A DNA stretch of 62,858 nucleotides, the filler included, from Sphaeroforma arctica JP610 (Eukaryota), in the NCBI RefSeq assembly GCF_001186125.1. It is 4 parts of one record of this genome, joined end to end, with 100 filler letters (N's around TTAATTAATTAA, not from the genome) between each part and the next. Parts side by side here need not be neighbours in the genome. Positions count along the whole stretch, not along the records: positions 25,328 to 54,942 come from NW_014040553.1; positions 55,043 to 62,858 come from NW_014040553.1; 2 more parts are not named here. One strand, 5' to 3'. Positions 52,097 to 62,858 of this stretch are shown piece after piece (the first letter of the stretch is position 1; each line of letters begins with the position of its first letter). The translations under genes were made by a program, and so were the position numbers. The notes below the pieces were generated by a model, which saw only the letters and a list, made by a program, of their open reading frames with translations, did no database searches and was not told the origin of the DNA.

Positions 52097-53253
52097 TCAC
52101 CAGTCCATGAGTCTCAGTAATGACTAAGGGAAAGCAGTGGAACCCGAGATAATACAATTAAGCAGACGAACGGTTGCCCATCGACAATTCACTCTTAGAG
52201 TCGCAGGTATAATAACAGCCGTGTCCCTCTATACGGTCCAAACAGACGGTGGCTAGTATTTTCATGGGTGGTTTTGTCGCAGATTTGCAACACAGATGAT
52301 ACAGCCACATGCCAGTTGGTGTTACCCACCCTGCAAAGTTGAACTGTTTGATGCCTAAAGCTCTCGTAAAAACTGTATTATACAGTCTCATAGTAAACGA
52401 ACAGCAGCCGGGCACGCCTCAACATGACTCACGCGGTTAAGATGATCAAATCAGGGCGTTCTTGAAGCAATCTTCCAAAACAGCATAGAATCGCTTGCTC
52501 TTCGGTGGGCCCGTCTTAAAAACGACTAATTAGTGCTTGAAGCCCCCGTGGGTGCTATATATATTGTACAGTCTCTCAACGTATATGATACAGCCGTGCG
52601 CAGTGTGACGCCTTCCAAACAATCAAATCAGAGTGGTTAATTGATTGGCTGCCAACCCCCGCCCGAGGGTTTACGACTGCGTAGTGTTTAGCGACGAAAG
52701 AAGCAGTTTACTACCTGTTCCGACCTATGTGAACAATACAACGATATATTGGACAGTGACCTCAAATTAAAGTTTAGAACACCCATAGCATGGACGATAC
52801 CAATCCGAAGCGAAATTGCTGCACTCCTTTCATCGGCTTTGTATCAGTTACAGTAGTGGTCTGTAAGTACTGTAGAATGCAGATACTAGGAGGAGAGATA
52901 AGAGCACAACTTCCAGTCTGTGCTCTGCGCAGTTCCAGCGGACGACATCTCAGTCAGCACGATGATGGATACTCGGTCAAATAAGCACAGATATCTGGTG
53001 ATTTCTCGAAGGCAAGTTGAAGGAAATCATTCTTTTTGCGCAAACACGAGTCTGTAACTTATATTGCAGAACACAGAAGAATTAGCGTCCTTCGAATGGA
53101 CATTTCGATACAATTGACCCACGTGGCAACACGGGTGTAATACCCATTCCGTTTTACCACCTACCGATTTATTTCAATCTAAAAAGGTCGTCGCAAGTGG
53201 ACGCTACGCGGGTGGGAGTGATGCATTATTCATTTTTATTGTTTTGAGTGCCG

Positions 53254-54721
53254 TTATTTCTGAAATCCTTTGGCGCGCTCGTGTCCGATCTGCGTGAGTA
53301 TGTGATTGGGAAGGAGAGAGGTGATGTTTCATATAAGGAGGGTGTGGGAATTTGCGTGTACCAAGCCATATCATAACATTTACAAAAAGCGTTGATATTG
53401 GAGTGGATGCAACGCGCATATGTCGAATTTACCTCCTAAAACGCACAAATGCTAATTTATTTATTTTAGTGCCAAAGCAAAAAGCAAGAGAGATCAAACA
53501 TACCACTTTCTGGACCCGTTGTAGCATGTATATGTTATCTCCAGAACAGTCATCTGGGGTGTATGGTGGTGTGATTGTAATCGTGTCTAGCACAATAATA
53601 TTTCTGTCGTCCCACGCACATGGCAGCCTGGCAATGGAGACGGGGATAAATGTAATTGGAACGCTCAGCATGTATGTTGAGCTTCAATATAAGTTGTGCT
53701 GTTCACGCATTTCACTGTTCACATTGGCGAGCGCACGTAAAGCAACATACAAGTGACATCTTGATTCGAAACCTATCGGCTATATCGAATAGGATACAAT
53801 TTATATAGTGAGCGCGGCTGATACCAAGCAGAGGTAGCAGAAGAGCATATGGTGGGGTACACGGTCTACTTTTGCTATGCGTATTCGACCCAGTTATTTT
53901 ACTGATACTATTATCTCTCTTCCGCATGTGGACGAATGCTAATCGGAGCTAGCATGCGACTACTAACAATTCGGCGCTGCTGAATCGTAGGCCATACAAC
54001 AAAATTAAGTTTGCACTTACGTTTTACTAATAGCATTAAAGATTGATTGGTCCTCTTGTGAAACGTTTTTGTTTATCTTAGCCGCTTCTTCCTTCGCCTG
54101 TGAATTTTTAAGCAATTTGTTAGTTTCTAAAATCTTAGGCATTCGCATCCACGTTGGAATAATCATGTTCGTATGCGAGTGTGTATGTGAAAGAATGCTG
54201 ATATACTGCGCTGAGCGGGCGGTCATAGAAGCAGGGGAATGGAATATGAATGCAATGCCATTGGGCTGCGCTGATTTGCAGTACTAAATATCCATCAATG
54301 CAACAAACAAATAAAACTTCGCTTCAAGCAAAAGTGTATGCCTCCAAGCTACCAGGCAAATTCAAATCGAATAATAAGAATATTTGGTGAAGAACTGCTA
54401 GAGGACGCTACCTTATTGACGGCCTTCGCATATCGTTGCTTCACTCTGTCCATATTCAAAGGCGTCGGTTCGAGATTGCTTATCGCTTCGCCTCCCAATA
54501 TGCTTATACCCTGAATAAAGAACAAAGAGAAATACCCGTGTACACCAAGTTCATTATTCTATTTGGAGATGGCAAACAAAGATGGATTGTAATTTTTTAT
54601 CGCAGGTGTAGAAATGTTCAAAATACATGCTGCTCGCCTACCTTAATACACCTTGAGTTGATCATCATGAATTTCCCTTGCTTTGCGTAACAAGAAGTAG
54701 TTGAAGCATCCTCAACCACTC
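53254..54721 (-). CDS. LSM12: LSM12 homolog (end of Lsm domain plus anticodon-binding AD domain); 5' part lies in the gap
   Basis: Exons approx. 54642-54721, 54412-54510, 54021-54097, 53503-53626, 53254-53289 give GKFMMINSRCIK|GISILGG...PLNMDRVKQRYAKAVNK|AKEEAAKINKNVSQEDQSIFNAISKT|LPCAWDDRNIIVLDTITITPPYTPDDCSGDNIYMLQRVQKV|IGHERAKGFQK*, matching LSM12 (IF..I.KT..C.W....I.V...V.I.PPY....C). Confidence 0.88.
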
Positions 54722-54942
54722 CTGAGATGACAAAAACGTGTCTAAGGTGTCAGATCAGACATGTGAGTTGTACAGGTGTGTGTATACAACAATCAATCCT
54801 AACTATACATTGTTTTTAGTGAAAAACCGAAAGCAAAAACTAAGTGCACAAAATTATAGATACAGTAAGTTTCAAAGCAAATAACAGCTAGTTAGTTTAC
54901 ATAAAATTGAGGTAAATGGGAATACATACAGAAACACAGAAA

Positions 54943-55042
54943 NNNNNNNNNNNNNNNNNNNNNNNNNNNNNNNNNNNNNNNNNNNNTTAATTAATTAANN
55001 NNNNNNNNNNNNNNNNNNNNNNNNNNNNNNNNNNNNNNNNNN
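54943..55042. other. Artificial assembly linker N44-TTAATTAATTAA-N44
   Basis: Same 100-nt structure as the other two linkers. Confidence 0.97.
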
Positions 55043-55054
55043 CTCAACTGATAC

Positions 55055-62409
<7,355 letters not shown>

Positions 62410-62786
62410 AGGAGACAAACCACGTTTAAGGATGAAGTGGGTAGAATGCACTAGTATCTTCAATAGTATAAGATAGGTAGGTAAACATCTATGAGCCTAG
62501 TTGTATGGAATTGAAGCCTAACTGAGAAGAATGGTTATATAGTACATACAATACAGGTTCAACAACGTGAGGTGCATTCATCGGACCATCGTCAGCAAAA
62601 TATCTCGGACAAATCACACACGATACAGCACAAGAATAAGCTGGTAAAATGTGACAGTGTTACACTCAAATGAGGTGTACCTAAAGGAGTGTTTTCAGCG
62701 AGATATGACACTTCGGGTAAAATGACATATACCACTATCACCTCATCCAGCCGAGTAATAATATTTGTAATATGTGTGAAACGTCC

Positions 62787-62826
<40 letters not shown>

Positions 62827-62858
62827 TACAGATACACAAACACACACACACACACATA

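Overview
Intron-rich eukaryotic genomic DNA (GT-AG introns, long TA/CA microsatellites, five assembly gaps). The gene content (SCAP, a Grainyhead-type factor, a channel-type CLC, a NELF-E-like RRM protein) suggests an opisthokont, probably a unicellular relative of animals; this taxonomic call is inference only. Gene models I spliced by hand, in order: exocyst EXOC3/Sec6 (+); NELF-E-like RRM protein (-), head-to-head with RBMX2/Snu17 (+); a block of degenerate repeats; a ClC-1/2-type chloride channel (-, 5' end missing); a Grainyhead/CP2 transcription factor (+, 5' end probably missing); a ~5.6 kb intergenic region; a bacterial-type BCCT transporter with two spliceosomal introns (+); SCAP (-), head-to-head with a 5-exon Rrn10-like gene (+) that the ORF track misses; LSM12 (-, 5' end in a gap); and a very large Gln/Thr-rich low-complexity gene (-) with a frameshift inside a 24-bp repeat. 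Three 100-nt N44-TTAATTAATTAA-N44 blocks are artificial contig linkers. No prokaryotic system, CRISPR array, rRNA or tRNA is supported. All homology calls rest on remembered family motifs, not database searches.
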